From: Octopus sinensis | Lineage: Eukaryota | Assembly (NCBI RefSeq): GCF_006345805.1 | Contig: NC_043014.1 | Location: 9,052,001 to 9,116,000 of the forward strand | Length of the DNA stretch: 64,000 nt | Direction: 5' to 3' | Part shown: positions 63,067-64,000 of the stretch, piece by piece | Numbering within the stretch: position 1 is the stretch's first letter | How the letters are laid out: the number at the start of each line of letters is the position of its first letter | Notes under the pieces: generated by a model | Told to the model about the DNA's origin: nothing | Seen by the model: the letters and a program-made list of their open reading frames with translations, nothing else | The model's database searches: none | Program-made: the position numbers and the translations under genes

Positions 63067-63114
63067 AAAAACTGTCTGATGAACGGCAACGAGAAACTCG
63101 GAGTAACAGATTTT
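63067..63114 (+). ncRNA. Type I hammerhead ribozyme, intact core, in the PLE 3' pseudo-LTR
   Basis: CUGU-CUGAUGA-A-CG(GCAA)CG-A-GAAA-CUC(G)GAGU-A-ACAG; predicted cut after 63105; the inverted copy at 61357-61404 reads CUCAUGA. Confidence 0.72.
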
Positions 63115-63238
63115 GTTGAATTTTCTGCTGCTTTAAATAAAGCATATTACTCTACCACTGGTATTTGAGTACTCTTTTTTCCACCTTGTTTCACATTTAT
63201 GTGTTTACTCCGGTATATATATATATATATATATATTT

Positions 63239-63464
63239 GCCGGCGAGCTGGCAGAATCGTTAGCACGCCGGGCGAAATGCTTAGCAGTACTTCGTCTGCT
63301 GTTACGTTCTGAGTTCAAATTCCGCCGAGGTCGACTTTGCCTTTCATCCTTTCGAGGTCGATAAATTAAGTACCAGTTACGCACTGGGGTCGATGTAATC
63401 TACTTAATCTGTTTGTCTGTCTTTGTTTGTCCTCTCTGTGTTTAGCCCCTTGTGGGTAGTAAAG

Positions 63465-63469
<5 letters not shown>
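63239..63469 (+). mobile_element. SINE family E, full-length monomer
   Basis: Head gccggcgagctggcagaatcg to tail gtagtaaagaaata. Confidence 0.9.
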
Positions 63470-63505
<36 letters not shown>

Positions 63506-64000
63506 TATAATCTACATACGTAAATATACGTAAACAAGCGTATATACACACGCGAATATATTTAAAACCGTTTGTCAGGTATATTGAATATTAAAATAAT
63601 ATAACTTCAAATTGTAGATTGAAAGAAAGAATCGATAATATAATTAGAGGGATAGTGTAATAACATAATGTAAAATAAATTTTGGCCTCGGCGAAATTTA
63701 AATGAGAAAATTTAGTGACTGCCGAAAATCATCAAAAATTTTTTACTAAGTTCATTAAAGTTCTATCATCACCATCGAATTACAATCAATGATACTAAAA
63801 ATGATAAATAAATACAATGGAAGTTATTAAATAAATAATAAAAATAACAATGATAAAATTATGATAAAGAATGATGTAAAATAAAAGGAATCCATTCTGG
63901 TTTTCGATGTCTTTAAAAACACATTTTGATCGGCTGTAAATATTCGATATCTGTACAACACACATTAAGCGATTGTAAAAGGGCTTTCGAGATGTGCAAT

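Larger units (their letters stand above)
61325..63213 (+). mobile_element. 5'-truncated Penelope-like element with inverted pseudo-LTR
   Basis: ~330-bp inverted repeat (61325-61657 versus 62815-63146, few mismatches) enclosing a GIY-YIG remnant. Confidence 0.82.

Noticed and set aside
393-63551. Long ORFs rich in Y/I, C/V, H/T, M/Y/V/C, N or L/S (for example 31956-33032, 44689-45390, 55092-55763)
   Set aside because: They are translations of microsatellites and minisatellites that lack stop codons; no protein-like complexity.

Overview
Repeat-dominated, AT-rich animal DNA, most consistent with a coleoid cephalopod (octopus-like) intron or intergenic region. This is inferred from the SINE repertoire, not from a database search. 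I can support no host protein-coding gene; nearly all listed ORFs are read-throughs of (TA)n, (CA)n, (ATGT)n or (TAA)n microsatellites. The window holds three tRNA-derived SINE systems (called A, B/C/D and E here), 3' fragments of R4/Dong, Tx1/L1 and RTE LINEs, a decayed mariner with a MITE, non-autonomous Helitrons and Penelope-like elements (one with a GIY-YIG remnant). Main results of the hunt: (1) at least six families, mostly unrelated in sequence, carry minimal type I hammerhead ribozyme folds, three copies with an intact core; (2) a 359-bp hammerhead-containing unit at 39.2-39.6 kb has 37-bp terminal redundancy and a 15-bp TSD, as expected of a retrozyme or circular-RNA-templated insertion; (3) SINE E shares its 3' tail with the Tx1-like LINE in the same window and sits as dimers or trimers inside single TSDs with a recurrent junction; (4) two SINE heads and two tails occur in all four combinations. 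All coordinates were read by eye and may be off by a few bases.
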